Positions 1 through 13,009 of a stretch of DNA of 64,000 bases are shown in pieces. Within the stretch, counting starts at the first letter, position 1. Each line of letters starts with the position of its first letter. The notes beneath the pieces are model-generated. The model saw only the letters and a list, made by a program, of their open reading frames with translations. It was not told the origin of the DNA and searched no databases. This DNA comes from Octopus sinensis (Eukaryota). Location of the stretch: positions 176,080,001 to 176,144,000 of the forward strand of contig NC_042998.1 of NCBI RefSeq assembly GCF_006345805.1, written 5' to 3'. A program made the translations under genes and the position numbers.

Positions 1-171
1 CTCTTCACACCTACACATACAAGCACACACACACACACACCTATACACGTGTATACTGTCCGTATGGGAAGTATGGATATCGTATCAGACAACCGACTAA
101 AATGTCGGCAGTTTCCACTTTTAAATACTGAAGTTCTGTGTTAAATACAAATACCTGCATAAGAGACCTCA

Positions 172-665
<494 letters not shown>

Positions 666-1569
666 AATGCACTTAATGTCACAGAAAACAGGAAGTAGAA
701 AATCTATGACGTGAATACGTATTACTTCGGCACTTGTTTGCTGTAATATACACTTCAATAGGGCATATCAATGAATGCTACACACTTCCGATCACATAAG
801 GTAACATACGTGACTCTATTTAACGTAGCGGTGCATTGGATAAATAAACAGTTATACGTTTATGACGACATACCCACATAAACACACGCGCATTCAAATC
901 CACATAATAAAATGGTGGACTTTTGTGATAAAGTCTTGCAATGTTTCAGTGATTAGCGATTTATAGATCAATGAAAATGTTTCGTATTATAAGACGTAGA
1001 AAACTGCAACATCAAATACTGTAACATGCAGAACATTAAAAAGAAACTTCGTTATTTTTTTGCTACTTATTTTTATTTGCTTGTATACTGAATCTGTTTG
1101 TATACTGAATTCGTAAAACACGCATATAATACATAATTTTTTTTTTTTTTGCACAAGTATCTCATTCTCAAATGTAAGCTGTAACTGTATCAACATTTGT
1201 TTACGTATTTAACTCTCTTCCTTTTCTTTTTTGTTTTCTTTTATATTCTCCACTCTCTACACATCAAATTTTTACCTGTTTAAGTATTCGTATTTTTCAA
1301 AGGTAGTAGAGACTCTTGCCATCTCTGACCTGCGACATTTTTATTAAATGTTCTGCATTTGACGTTGGTTTTATACCAGGAAACCTAACTACAGTTTGAG
1401 GAAGACCCCGTTATTTGACTAGCACTATATTTTACCGACTCTGAAAAGGTGAAAGTCAAATGTGAACTCAGAACGTAAAGATCCGGAAGAAATTCAGGCA
1501 AGCATTTTATCCGACGCGCTAAAGTGTTTGCCTGCTAACCGATTTTATAATAATTATTTTTCTAAGGTT

Positions 1570-1740
1570 AGCAATTTGAGGCGAGGGTGATAATCGATTG
1601 CATTGATTCTAGTATTCAACAGGTACTTATTTTATCGATTCCAAAGGGATGACAAGCATTGAACTCAGAACGGTGAAAGGCTGGAAGAAATTCTCCGAAG
1701 CATTTCTCCCGGCGTATTAACGATTTTGGCAGCTCGCCCT
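1570..1740 (-). mobile_element. Diverged SINE family A fragment
   Basis: Reverse complement resembles the cggcgagctggcagaa...ctgagttcaaat...aagtacc SINE seen intact at 42841 and 50366. Confidence 0.55.
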
Positions 1741-2075
1741 ATTACGAAGGTATTTCACGCTTAAGCAGGAACAAATGTGTAGTGTTCCTGTCTTTCTCAA
1801 AGAAACTTGCAACGCAAGTGAAAGAAACTAGATCGTGAACTTAAAGTAGGAACTTAACTCACCTCTATTGTGCATGCTCATTCTTATGATTACTGATGTT
1901 TAAATAGGGTGTAGGACCAATTTTTGTAAAAGAGGAGAGTCAATAATTGTATTTAATGCAGTACATTATTGTAATGTATTTTCTTGATTCCAGAGGGATA
2001 AAAATGAAACTTAACTTCGGCGTTACTTGAGCTTAGAACAAAGAGTAACGAAATTAATTATTGTAATGTATTATA

Positions 2076-2633
2076 TTGAGTTGTTCGGAAAGTTCGTGTC
2101 GATTTTTAAAGGAAAGAAAAAGGTCAATAAATACTTGCCATTACATTTTTAACCAACCAAATATGAACCATTTTGTTGCACAATGCGTCTAAATCTTTCC
2201 TTTAACTTGAAAATACCTCTTCCCAGAATTGAGGTGGTTTCATGGCAAAGAATTCATCACGGTATTTTTTACGTCATCCAAGGAATTGAAATTTTTACCA
2301 TTAAGACTATTTTGCAGAGACCTGAATAAGTGGAAATCAGAAGGAGCAATACTGGTGAATATGGAGGGTGGGGTAACACATCCCAGCCGAGCTGCAGCAA
2401 ATTTTGTCTGGTTCCCCAATTCAAGTGCCGAAAATGAAGTTTCTTATCTTCCATTTTAAAGGGTTACAGAATTAACACAGGTTATAGGAACATAAACCTT
2501 CTTCCACGAAAAGATAGCTTAAACTGTGCTCTAAATGGTGTAGTCAAATCCTATTTTATGAACTCAACCATATTGTAAAATAAGTCGAAATGTAAGCTAC
2601 TATAAATCAGCACGAACTTTCCGGACAACCCAC
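2076..2633 (-). mobile_element. Internally deleted mariner element (558 bp) with TIRs and TA target duplication
   Basis: TA-ttgagttgttcggaaagttcgtgtcgattt at the left; the right end reverse-complements to TA-gtgggttgtccggaaagttcgtgctgattt. ORF 2269-2454(-) carries LGWDVLPHPPYSP, the mariner transposase C-terminal motif (HPPYSPDL). Confidence 0.9.
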
Positions 2634-3449
2634 TACATCTATCTCAGTAACTGCAGTCGCTCTGATATTAGTATTAATATTTCACTTCTTTTCGTTAAGA
2701 ATCTAGGAAGGTGCTAGCTTATTGATTTGATTTCAGTAAAGGCATTTTGAGAAAACCGAAAAACTGATGCATCAATTAATGGAGACTCTTGCCGTCATAA
2801 ATGCAGTGAAGCAGTGATTGGCTCGTTGGTATCCTATAACCAATGGCGTTATTGCTTATTAATTACGACGGATACTAAATGAATAAATAAATAAAACGTC
2901 GTACTTATTTTATGGACTAACAAAGGATGAAAGTCTCAGTCGACATCAACGGGATTTGGCGAACTCAATTAAATATTACAAAGACAATTCTCCATTCTTT
3001 AAATTCTATAAACACAGATTTCCTACATAACCAGTTATCGGATTTCAACTCTATGTCTTCAACAATAATGGCAGTTTCTTTTGATCAGTGATATGCGTGC
3101 GTATATGTGAGTGTGTATGCGTGTGTGTAAGTGTATGTATGTGTGTGTGTGTATAAGGGGTATGTAGTTGAGTTACCGCCAATATATTACTGATATTATT
3201 TTTATCAACTCCCAATGGATGTAAGTTGTAACTCCCACTGGCGATATTCGAACTCAGAGCAAAGAACAAAGCACCGCACTAAATAATGTCTTAAATAAAC
3301 ATATTATCTCACACATACAAACATATATACACACATATATACACACATATACACGCACACACACACACGCGCACATACACACAGAGGCAATCTCAGCTGC
3401 TCCATCAGCAATTTCCACATTATCAATGCTGTTAGTGCCCATTCTTCTT

Positions 3450-3452
3450 CTT

Positions 3453-3495
<43 letters not shown>

Positions 3496-3830
3496 CACCA
3501 CCACCACCACCACCACCACCACCACCACCACCATCGTCACTACTCTTGCATTAGTAATCTTAAGTCGTACTGTCTCAACTTAAATGTCTTTATTATGCTT
3601 ATACATTCGGATTACAGCAGCTGCGGCTGGAGAAGTACTTATTAACATTCTCACCTCCACTACCACAACCATGACCACCACTACCACTAATAGCTACAAC
3701 AATAAAAGCACCGGCAGCCATAACAGCAACAACACTGACGACACCAAAAACAATATCTACAACAAATATAAGGACAACGGTATGAGCTGTAATGACGAGG
3801 ATACTAAAGGGACAACCCTGTCTACACGTT
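3450..3830. repeat. (CTA)n(CCA)n microsatellite followed by decayed trinucleotide tract
   Basis: Directly visible. Confidence 0.85.
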
Positions 3831-3920
3831 TTGACCAACTATTGCTGCTCATTCAACACAGAATACGCCAATGGCCTTATGTATTGGTAAGTGCTTCCTT
3901 AATATTACACGAAGCCTTTA

Positions 3921-4110
3921 GGGTGGCGAGTTGGCAGAATCATTAGCATACCGGGATAAATGCTTAGCGATATTTCGTCCGTCTTTACGTTGTGAGTTCA
4001 AATTCCGTCGAGGTTGGTTTTGCTTTTCAGAGTCGATGAAATAAGTGCCAGTTGAGCACAGCGCTGGGGACGATGTAATCGACTTACTCTCTCCTGAATC
4101 TGCTGGCCTT
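3921..4110 (+). mobile_element. Diverged SINE family A copy
   Basis: ggcgagttggcagaatcattagcataccggg...gagttcaaattccgtcgagg...gtcgatgaaataagtgccagt. Confidence 0.75.
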
Positions 4111-4399
4111 GAGCCAAAATTTGAAACCAATATTAGATTGGAAATCTTAGAGAAGCGATGACTAACAGAACGATTGAGTACTGGGCAGTATGTTTTTAGG
4201 TATCGCAATTACGTCCCTTTCAGTACACGTGCAAATTGCATTAATGTACGAAATGAATCTTAAACAAACATATTAACTCACACACACACAATACATCGAA
4301 CTGTTGTGGTATCAATACTGTGCTAATGGTTATATTATAAACTATTGTTTCTAATTTAGGTATACGGCCAGCAGTTTTGAAGGACGGGTTATTTGATAC

Positions 4400-4510
4400 T
4401 ATCGAGGTGCGTTTTGTCTTTAAGCAAAACACTTGATTTCACGTCGCTCAAGTTCACTCAAATGGCAAAAATGAGTTGTAGCTGTAATTCAAAGGGCTGG
4501 TCTTGTCGAG
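4400..4510 (+). mobile_element. SINE family C fragment
   Basis: agcaaaacacttgatttcacgtcgctc...aattcaaagggctggtcttgtc, near-identical to 10005-10100. Confidence 0.7.
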
Positions 4511-4519
4511 TTCAGCACT

Positions 4520-5285
4520 TGATTTTATCTTATCGATTACAAAGGATAAAAGGCAGTGTTGTTCTTGAAGAGATTTGAACCCAGAATGTAAGGAGTCGGA
4601 AGAAGAATTATCGCAAAGCATTTTTTCAGACGCTCTAATGATTCTGCTAGCTCACCGCTTTGTTCATATCAATAATAATTGTTTCCGGTTTAGGCGCAGG
4701 CCAAGCAATTTTGAACGGAAGGGGCGAGTCTATACCCTCGACCTCAGCACTTGTTTAGTACTTTACAAGACACCGGAAAGATGTAAGGCAAAGTTGGTCT
4801 CGGTTGGAACTGAACTCGGATCGTAAAGAGCCGGAATGAAATGCCAGTGTACCGCCTTGATTAATATCATTAATAATTCTTTCAAATTTTAGCTCTTGGC
4901 CAGCAATTTTGAGGGAAAGGTAAGTCGATTATATCGACCCCGACTATATCATACCCGAAAGGATAACAGACAGTGGGATTTAACCTCAGAACGTAAAGGG
5001 CCGAAAGATATGCCACTAAACATTTAGTCCATTTAACGATATTGCAATTCACCATATTGATTATATCATAAATAATCCTTTTTACTAAAGGTTCAAGGCC
5101 TGAATTTTGGTGGCGGAGACTAGTCGATTACATCGACCCCAGTATTGAACTGGTACTTATTTTATCGCCCCGATAGGATGAAAGGCAAAGTCAATCTCGG
5201 TGGGATTTGAACTCAGAACATAAGGACGGACGTATACTGCTAAGTATTTCGGCCGGTGTGCTAACAATTTTGCAAGCTCGCCGCC
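4520..5285 (-). mobile_element. Cluster of about 4 decayed SINE family A fragments
   Basis: Repeated atcgacccc...aaaggatgaaaggcaaagtc...gaactcagaac segments in reverse orientation. Confidence 0.65.
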
Positions 5286-5579
5286 TTTATCATAAATAAT
5301 AAAATGAAGAACGAAAAAAAAAAAAGCCGTACTTGGAATCTAAATTGTGTTTGAGAATTATTAGGTTGCCGGTGTCTCAGGGAAATGGATGAATGTCACA
5401 TCATCTTTTGTTGTCTCATGTACTTTTCAGGTAAGAAACCAACGCAGAGAATTTCACTCGGTCTGCTTGAAATAGCAACCACATTGCCTTGGAACCCTAC
5501 CCCATTGTCTACAAAAATGGACAAGTTGGATGATGTGGACTTGTGTTCCATGAAGATACGAAAAAAAAAATTAGATGGT

Positions 5580-5740
5580 CATGACTAGAATATTGTTTAC
5601 ATTATTTACATTTGACGGATATTTGTCCTCATCTTGTTTCTTGTTAACACAACGTTTCGGCTGATATACCCTCCAGGCTTCATCAGGTGTATTGGGGGAA
5701 TTTCGAACCCGCGTTCTTATTCCTAAGGTTTTTTCGATGT
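5580..5740 (-). mobile_element. Penelope-like pseudo-LTR fragment (family A)
   Basis: Inverted, diverged copy of 7290-7445; carries a hammerhead motif; abuts (AAC)n/(AAT)n. Confidence 0.7.
5647..5690 (-). ncRNA. Minimal type I hammerhead ribozyme (PLE type)
   Basis: acac-CUGAUGA-a-gcctg..cagcc-GAAA-cg-UU-gtgt; palindrome aacgtt in helix III; one mismatch in helix II. Confidence 0.6.
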
Positions 5741-5751
5741 CGTTGTTGTGT

Positions 5752-5843
<92 letters not shown>

Positions 5844-5847
<4 letters not shown>

Positions 5848-5915
5848 TCACTGCCTGGAATCGCACTCGGAATCTTGGGGTTAGTAGCCCGCGCTCTTAA
5901 CCACTGCGTCATGCC
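5844..5915 (-). mobile_element. tRNA-derived short SINE (tRNA-like head plus (AAT)n tail)
   Basis: A-box tggttaagag and B-box-like gagtgcgattcc on the - strand, then (AAT)n; no CCA/acceptor stem closure. Confidence 0.75.
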
Positions 5916-5924
5916 CAAGAGAAT

Positions 5925-5995
5925 ATGGCGATGTGGTTAAGAGCGCGGGCTACTAATCCCAAGATTCTGAGTTCGATTCAAGGCAGTGACCTGAA
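5925..5995 (+). mobile_element. tRNA-derived short SINE, inverted partner of 5844-5915
   Basis: ggcgatgtggttaagagcgcgggctactaatcccaagattctgagttcgattcaaggcagtgacctg followed by (AAT)/(GAT)n. Confidence 0.75.
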
Positions 5996-6013
5996 TAGAA
6001 ATAATAAATAATA

Positions 6014-6081
<68 letters not shown>

Positions 6082-6096
6082 AATAATAATAATAAT

Positions 6097-6636
6097 CTGA
6101 TGCAGTACCAGGCAGTGGCTCTCATGGCTTCTGATCTTAACTGATTGGAGTGTTATCATGTACAGTGTTTTGTCTTGGTAATAAAAGATGGGCTACAGCA
6201 AATATTCTGCTCAATACACAGATTTGCTTGTCAGTTGTTTGACTTAACCAGTTGAGCATGTCCCTTAGTGGCTGAATATGTGCATCTCTGATCACGAGCA
6301 GAAGTAGTGGGGGAGCATCATAGCCATGTGTTGAGAGGGATGCTTTGGGGTTTGAATAGTTCACCTCTGGAAACATGGGGTTCTTTCAACATCCTTAAAC
6401 AACCCTTTTCGGGACCGTTTGAGCGGGATGGGCTACTCAACCTGAAGAAAATTCAAACTGGCCCCACCTGCAAGGTCATGTGCTGTTATCTTGATATGAG
6501 ATCACCATGTCGCGCACATATGGTTGTGATGCATGTGCCTGGTGTACCTTATCAGACGGGTAGTCATGATGGGTATATTGGGCTTCGTATATTTTACCCC
6601 AGTGTCACTTTGATGGCATGAACTGCTCTCTCACTC
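6097..6636 (+). mobile_element. About 550 bp (AAT)n-associated non-autonomous retroposon, copy 1
   Basis: Six copies in the window, all ending ctctc(tcactc)-(AAT)n; strand inferred from the constant 3' end and variable left truncation. Confidence 0.8.
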
Positions 6637-6667
<31 letters not shown>

Positions 6668-6670
<3 letters not shown>

Positions 6671-7217
6671 GCCCTGATGGGCAGTGGGTCTCGTGGCTTC
6701 TGATCTTAACTGATAGGAAGTGTTATCATGTACATGGTTTTATCTTGGTATAAAATATGGGCTACAGCAAATATTCTGCTCAATACCACAGATTTGCTTG
6801 TCAGTTGTTTGACCTTAACCAGTTGACCATGTCCCTTAGTGGCTGACGATATGTGCATCTCTGATCATAAGCAGAGGTAGTGGGGGAGCATCACAGCCGT
6901 GTGTTGAGAGTATTTTCTTTGGGGTTTGAATAAGTCATCCCTAGAAACATAGGTGTTTCGTTCAACATCCTTAAACAACCCTTGTTCAGGGACCTTTTGA
7001 GCGGGATGGGTTACTCGACCAGAAGAAAATTCTAACTGGGCCCCACCAGCACTATCATGTGTTGTTTATCTCGATATGAGATCACCATGTCGCGCACATA
7101 TGGTTGTGATGCATGTGCCTGGTGTACCCTTATCAGACGGGTAGTCATGATGGGTATACTGGGCTTCGTATAGTTTGCCCCAGTGTCACTTTGATGGCAT
7201 GCAATGCTCTCTCACTC
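6668..7217 (+). mobile_element. About 550 bp (AAT)n-associated retroposon, copy 2
   Basis: Tandem to copy 1, separated by (AAT)n. Confidence 0.8.
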
Positions 7218-7267
<50 letters not shown>

Positions 7268-7289
7268 TAATAATAATAATAATAATAAC

Positions 7290-7445
7290 AAAATCGAAAA
7301 ATACCTTAGGAATGAGAACCCAGGTTCAAAATTTCCCCACTACACCTGATGAAGTCTGGAGGGTGTATCAGCCGAAACGTGTTAACAACAAACAAGATGA
7401 GGACAAATATCCGTCAAATGTAAACAATGTAAATAATGTACATAG
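7290..7445 (+). mobile_element. Penelope-like pseudo-LTR fragment (family A) with damaged hammerhead
   Basis: acac-ctgatga-agtctgg..cagcc-gaaa-cgtgtt; 2-nt deletion at the cleavage triplet relative to the 5647 copy. Confidence 0.7.
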
Positions 7446-7983
7446 AGCCTCATCCCTTAAATATAGAACTGTATGACTGGAATATTTTCGGTTATAGGTA
7501 TGCTCGATCAGGTTTGATTAAACATCGCCGCCGCTGCTGTTTATTTCCCAGTTTTTCCAAACACAGACAGACAGACACACACAGACACACACTCACACAC
7601 ACTCACACACACGCACACTCACGCACACACACGCAACAGATGATAGTTTCACACAAGTACGAAATATAATCAAACAAAATTACATAGTAAATAGTTATAG
7701 CTAAATTGAGATACTAATTTATCAAAGTTGCGTGTATGTGATTCACTAATTATTGTCACTAATCATTGTCCCTTTTTACCAGTCTTAGGGCGACACGTGA
7801 TATAATATTTAAAGCTTTTTACCTGGATGTTTTCACTCGGATTCAACTGGGAACAAATTGAAAAGAATTGTAAGTTCTACATCCGGGCATATATCAATTT
7901 ATAAAAGTACAGGAATTTAACAAGAAAATTTGCATTAACCTATTTATATGCAGAAACACACACAAATGTACGTGTTTGAAATA

Positions 7984-8025
<42 letters not shown>

Positions 8026-8234
8026 TGCACGTGCGCATACGCACACGTACATGCCGTACGTATGTACGTACACGTATTCGTCTATTTCTGCATGGGCAAA
8101 AGATATACTAAAAATTATAAATATTTGTGTGAATTACGAATATGTATTTAGATGAATATAGCAGATACATAAATATATTAATATAATAGTACATGAATTC
8201 TTAATCACGTTATAAATGTACAAAAATAAATGAA

Positions 8235-8331
<97 letters not shown>

Positions 8332-8987
8332 GTATGTATGTATGTATATATAATATGTAAATGTAATTTAACAATTGTTTAAAAATTGATTGAAAATTAT
8401 ATGGAAATTAGAAATACCTCATAAATGTTTAAATATATTAAGAATAGGAATGTGAGATTTGTATAATAATTGTTGGGTAATGGTTATACAATTGCAAATA
8501 ATTAGGAAAACGTGGAATGCATATTCATATATTTATTTAAATAAAAGCTTTTCGTACACATACTCATACGCATGTGCACATACAGGCACCATGCACTCAT
8601 ATATAATTATATACATAAACACGTCTACACATTTAATTCATATATATTTAGAAAGTTCTCTCAACCATCTTATTGCAAGCACACATGCACGTACTCCCAA
8701 ATATGTGTATACATCACACGTAACCCATATGTGTGTGTGTTTGCATGCGTTAATGTGTGTGCATGTATGTGTGTGCGCGTGTGTGAGTGTGTGCATGTGT
8801 GCATTTGTGTGTGTGTATGTGTATAATCCAAATAATAAGAAATATCTTACATTTTTAACGATCAGTTACAATTGTTTCTGTACCAACTCTTCTTACAACG
8901 CCAGTTTATGCAAAGATCGAGCCGAGTCCTTCATCTCGGGTTGAGTCCTTCATCGTAAATACCCTAACTTTATACCCTACCAGGCTG

Positions 8988-9019
<32 letters not shown>

Positions 9020-9567
9020 ATATATATACAATATATAAACACTTTTAAGCGCTCGCAATTATTTTTTATCTTTTAGATTCAATAAAATATTCACAAGTCG
9101 TGTGCTGTAGTTGAATTTAATGGACGCTATCCGTTTTCTCGAAATATATGGCTCGCTGAGTCGGTAGACGAAAACAGAATTCTATACAGGGATTTCTTAG
9201 GGCCGTTGTTGCCCTACGTTCAATACCAAACGATGCCAACTTTTTCGTTTATTGCCTTCCAGAGGCCAACATAGAAGGGACAGTACAAATGAGGCTGGGT
9301 GGGTGGGTCTGAACGACTGATGATACAACAAAAAGATGACAGTTAAAATTCAATCATTCGAATGATTACACAACACAAAAGCGATACAATGGAGTGGGGG
9401 TCGGGTTCTTCTTCGACCCCAAAAGCCCCGTACCACCACTGAAAACTTTTAGCTACTTTTTATGAAATACGCTCATGAAGGATCATTTTTAGTGCTACAT
9501 TCTTTCATCTCTTGCTGTATGTATCGGGCGACAGGCATCTCCTCTCTAAACTTATTTTCCTTTTCAG

Positions 9568-9597
9568 ATGGAAACCAAAGAATTTCACTAAATCAAG
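9568..9597 (+). CDS. Candidate 30-nt symmetric micro-exon (DGNQRISLNQG)
   Basis: Polypyrimidine acceptor cttattttccttttcag and donor CAAG|gtagga; phase 1-1 frame open; no homology recognised. Confidence 0.25.
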
Positions 9598-9924
9598 GTA
9601 GGAGATGAAGTTGCCTGTCGCTACTCCTTTTATTCAGGTCTTCAACACCGCTTCTTTCGCTATAGCGACCATAGTGAGAAAACAAAACCTTTCCTTCTCT
9701 GTTCAAGGAAGAAGGTGGAACAATCTTTATAATCGCTTTGGAAGACAGTTGTACTCTTCCTAGACATGACAGCAGCTGTTCGGCGACAATCTACATTTCT
9801 GAGATTTTCGGACACTGCACAATCGCGTGCAGAACAGTTTCACTGTCCTGCTCGCATCTTGAGTAAGTGGGCGAGCATTTAGGGTCGTTAGGATAAGCTC
9901 CAGCAATACATTGGTATTAATTCG

Positions 9925-10250
9925 AGTGAAAGCACGTGGCTTAGTGGTTAGGGTAATCGGCTGACGACCATGAGTCTTTGAGTTCAATTCCATGTGGTGC
10001 GTTTTGCCCTTGAGCAAAACACTTGATTTCACGTCGCTCCAGTTCACTCAGCTGACAAAAATGAGTTGTAACTGTAATTCAAAGGGCTGGTCTTGTCACA
10101 TTTTTTGTCATGCTGACTCACCCTGAAAGCTTAGTTAAGGGTACACGTGTCTGTGAAGTGCTCAGCCACATGCGCGTAAATTTTACGAGCGGACTGTTCC
10201 ATTTATTGGATCAACTGGAACCCTCGTCATCGTAAGCGACGGAGTGCCAT
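9925..10250 (+). mobile_element. tRNA-derived SINE family C
   Basis: gcacgtggcttagtggttaggg...gagttcaattcc head; body reverse-matches 49950-50270. Confidence 0.8.
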
Positions 10251-10694
10251 TTTTTTGTTTTTGTTTTTCAATTGCCTACGTCGCTGTATCATCAGGATTG
10301 ATTTATATGAAAACCATTTATGTCTTATGATTTCATTCTCGCTACTTTAACCTATAAATGCTGATGAAGGAATTTGTCGGATCGTTATCATCATGTATAC
10401 AAACATGATACCTAATAACTATCGGAGATCGAATTGTTGGGAAAGTAATGATTAAGTAGAACATGATAGAATAGATGAGGTTCACAGTTCAATTAATATT
10501 TCCATAAGTATTAACCCTTTACCTGTCCAAAGCATTTTTATAAGTTTGTCCTAAACGTCCATACTTGTTTTCAGGCTTTGACTTAGCTCTTGTTTCATAT
10601 ATTCTGAGTAATATAAGCTTTCCTTTCATAAGTCCCAAGTTACTATGATGGTTGAAAAAAAAAACTGGGTATATATATATATATAATGTAACCG

Positions 10695-10892
10695 CGTGTG
10701 TACCGTTGGCGACTTTTTTCCTCCGTCTTCCCTTCTTTGGGTCTTTCCTTTTCCTATGTTTCTGACGAAGAGCTCCGCTCGAAACGTTAAATCCTCCTTC
10801 TTTCTTTCCTTTCCTGAGCGTCCAATAACACTATACTTGTTCCACGCCCTCCCGTTGTTGTGTTTTCTCTTTGTGTTTTCATGTTTGGATTA

Positions 10893-10897
<5 letters not shown>
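10695..10897 (+). mobile_element. Penelope-like pseudo-LTR (family B) between (TA)n tracts
   Basis: Contains a hammerhead motif; related to 51960-52170. Confidence 0.7.
10758..10792 (+). ncRNA. Minimal type I hammerhead ribozyme
   Basis: gttt-CUGACGA-a-gagc(tcc)gctc-GAAA-cg-UU-aaat; aacgtt palindrome. Confidence 0.65.
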
Positions 10898-10938
<41 letters not shown>

Positions 10939-11120
10939 TAAATAAATGGTACAACGAAGTACCGATATTTACTGGAAATAGCTAACGTAATAAATACGAC
11001 GCTAATGTATAGCTTCACTGCGTATGTACTAGTAAAGATGCGTGTGTGCAACAAACATGAAAACAATTGTCTTGCCTCTAGGAAGAACATCTGAAAAATG
11101 AAAAACCTAGATAACGGATA

Positions 11121-11193
11121 ATGCAGTACCGGTTTCGGATTTTTCAAAATACGAATGCCAATCGTATAATTGATTTATCCTCATCAGCTGCAT
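11121..11193 (-). ncRNA. Type I hammerhead ribozyme with canonical core and extended helix II
   Basis: atgcag-CUGAUGA-ggat...atcc-GAAA-ccgg-UA-ctgcat; 6-bp helix I; G-C closing helix II; inner tcaa/ttga and tacga/tcgta pairs; accggt palindrome. Confidence 0.8.
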
Positions 11194-12639
11194 AAACCTC
11201 AACAATATTTCAAATGTTGCCACATCAATACCAGTACACTCGTCTGAACGCCAAAACGTTAACAGAGCGAGAACAGTGAAGAAGTTTCAATGAAAATAGT
11301 AATGCAATATATGATACATAGATGCCAGGGAAATATGCCCCTGAATCCGAAGTAACACAAAGGATGCAAAGAGTTAATAATAATTCACCAAAAATTTAGT
11401 ACTGTGAATATTTATATTTATTAAAGTGTTTCTCTATGAAATGATGGGTACCGTATCACAAACAAAGGCTCTTTTTTTTTTTGGTGTACATGCAGTATCC
11501 AGAATTATATGTTCTTGCATCGTAGTCTCATTGCATGAATGCGATGGATGTGTAGCAGTATATATTTGTCTGTGCAGAAAATATAAATTAAACACTATGT
11601 CGTTCAGGTCATGCAATTTCAGTTCCTCTTTTTACTTTTAAGTCCGAGAAACTGTGGCTCGTTTCTAAAGAAATTATTATTCAGAATTCTTACGATGATT
11701 ATTGCGTCCATTATTGCGAGTCAGTAATGATGGCAGAGTCAATAATATAGCAGGATGGCGATTTCATACCATTTATAAGCAAATGGTCTTGTCTAAAGAC
11801 GCAGAATAATAATGTCGGCAAAAAAGTCAATTTTCTCTCTAATAATGACGGTGTCTAGACAGGCTTTATTTACGCACACATTTTTATTCTTAGCAGCTAC
11901 TGCTGAGCGTTATGTAGTAAGTTGGAATACTGCTTCTATATATTCAATTTACGCTGTATACGAGAAATTCATTCATCCACCTAGAAGTTCAGTAACAAAA
12001 GAATATTTTGTATGTTGGTAATGTTTAGTTAATTTGCCAAAACTAGATATTTAACAGTTTTTTTTTTAATACAAGGTATAAAAAGCTTTATATTTTATGG
12101 TTAAATATAGTTTTCATAGTTAATTTCTAAATCATTAGTATAATGCAAGTAAAATTTTTTGGTGTCAACTAAATTCAGTTAGCTGTTAAAAGCAAGTCAC
12201 TGGTACAAAATCATAATTTTCTAATTTTACTACGATTTTTATGACGTCTATGGCGACGTTTATTAATATCGTACCAACAGTTAAGGTAGAGCAGGAGAAG
12301 AAATGGTACTGAGCTAACATTATATACGAATTTAATACTCACGAACATATATGTCTGTGGATGTATGTGTGTGCGCGCGGACGTTAGCCCATGTCAGTGT
12401 GTGTTTACGAGTGCGTTTTTCCCATTGATAACGGCTAAGAAGTTAGAAACATCAATGTCTGGGACAGATATGGTGATTTTACACCCTTTTACCATAAGAG
12501 AGAATTTTTTTTTCTCCACACTAACTGCAGTAACTGCTTTTAGCAATTGAAATATGTTACAAAAATAATTTATAACTAATTTAAAGTCCGCTTATGCCTA
12601 ATCACTACTTGGTGCTGGTATTATTGTAATGTACGTACG

Positions 12640-12712
12640 TATGTATGTATGTATGTATGCATATATATATATATACATATATATATATGTATATATATAT
12701 ATGCATATATGC

Positions 12713-12744
<32 letters not shown>

Positions 12745-12917
12745 GCATATATGCATATATAGATACATATATATATGTGTGTGTGTATATATATATATTA
12801 TATGTATATATTCTATATAAATATACATAATATATATTATATATATATATATATTATATATATATATATAATATATATATATATATGCATATATGCATAT
12901 ATATATATGTATATATA

Positions 12918-12984
<67 letters not shown>

Positions 12985-12990
12985 CATATA
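12640..12990. repeat. (TA)n/(TATG)n microsatellite
   Basis: Directly visible. Confidence 0.95.
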
Positions 12991-13009
12991 TGTATGTACA
13001 CACATACAC

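Noticed and set aside
3584-3946. 120-aa T/N-rich ORF
   Set aside because: Decayed trinucleotide repeats running into a SINE; no splice or homology support
5431-5588. Exon-like segment after ttttcag (GKKPTQRISLGLLEIATTLPW)
   Set aside because: Resembles an interspersed repeat as I recall it, has no convincing donor and runs into a poly-A and a PLE fragment
5925-5995. Functional tRNA gene
   Set aside because: Acceptor stem does not close, and it is followed by a microsatellite tail; SINE head
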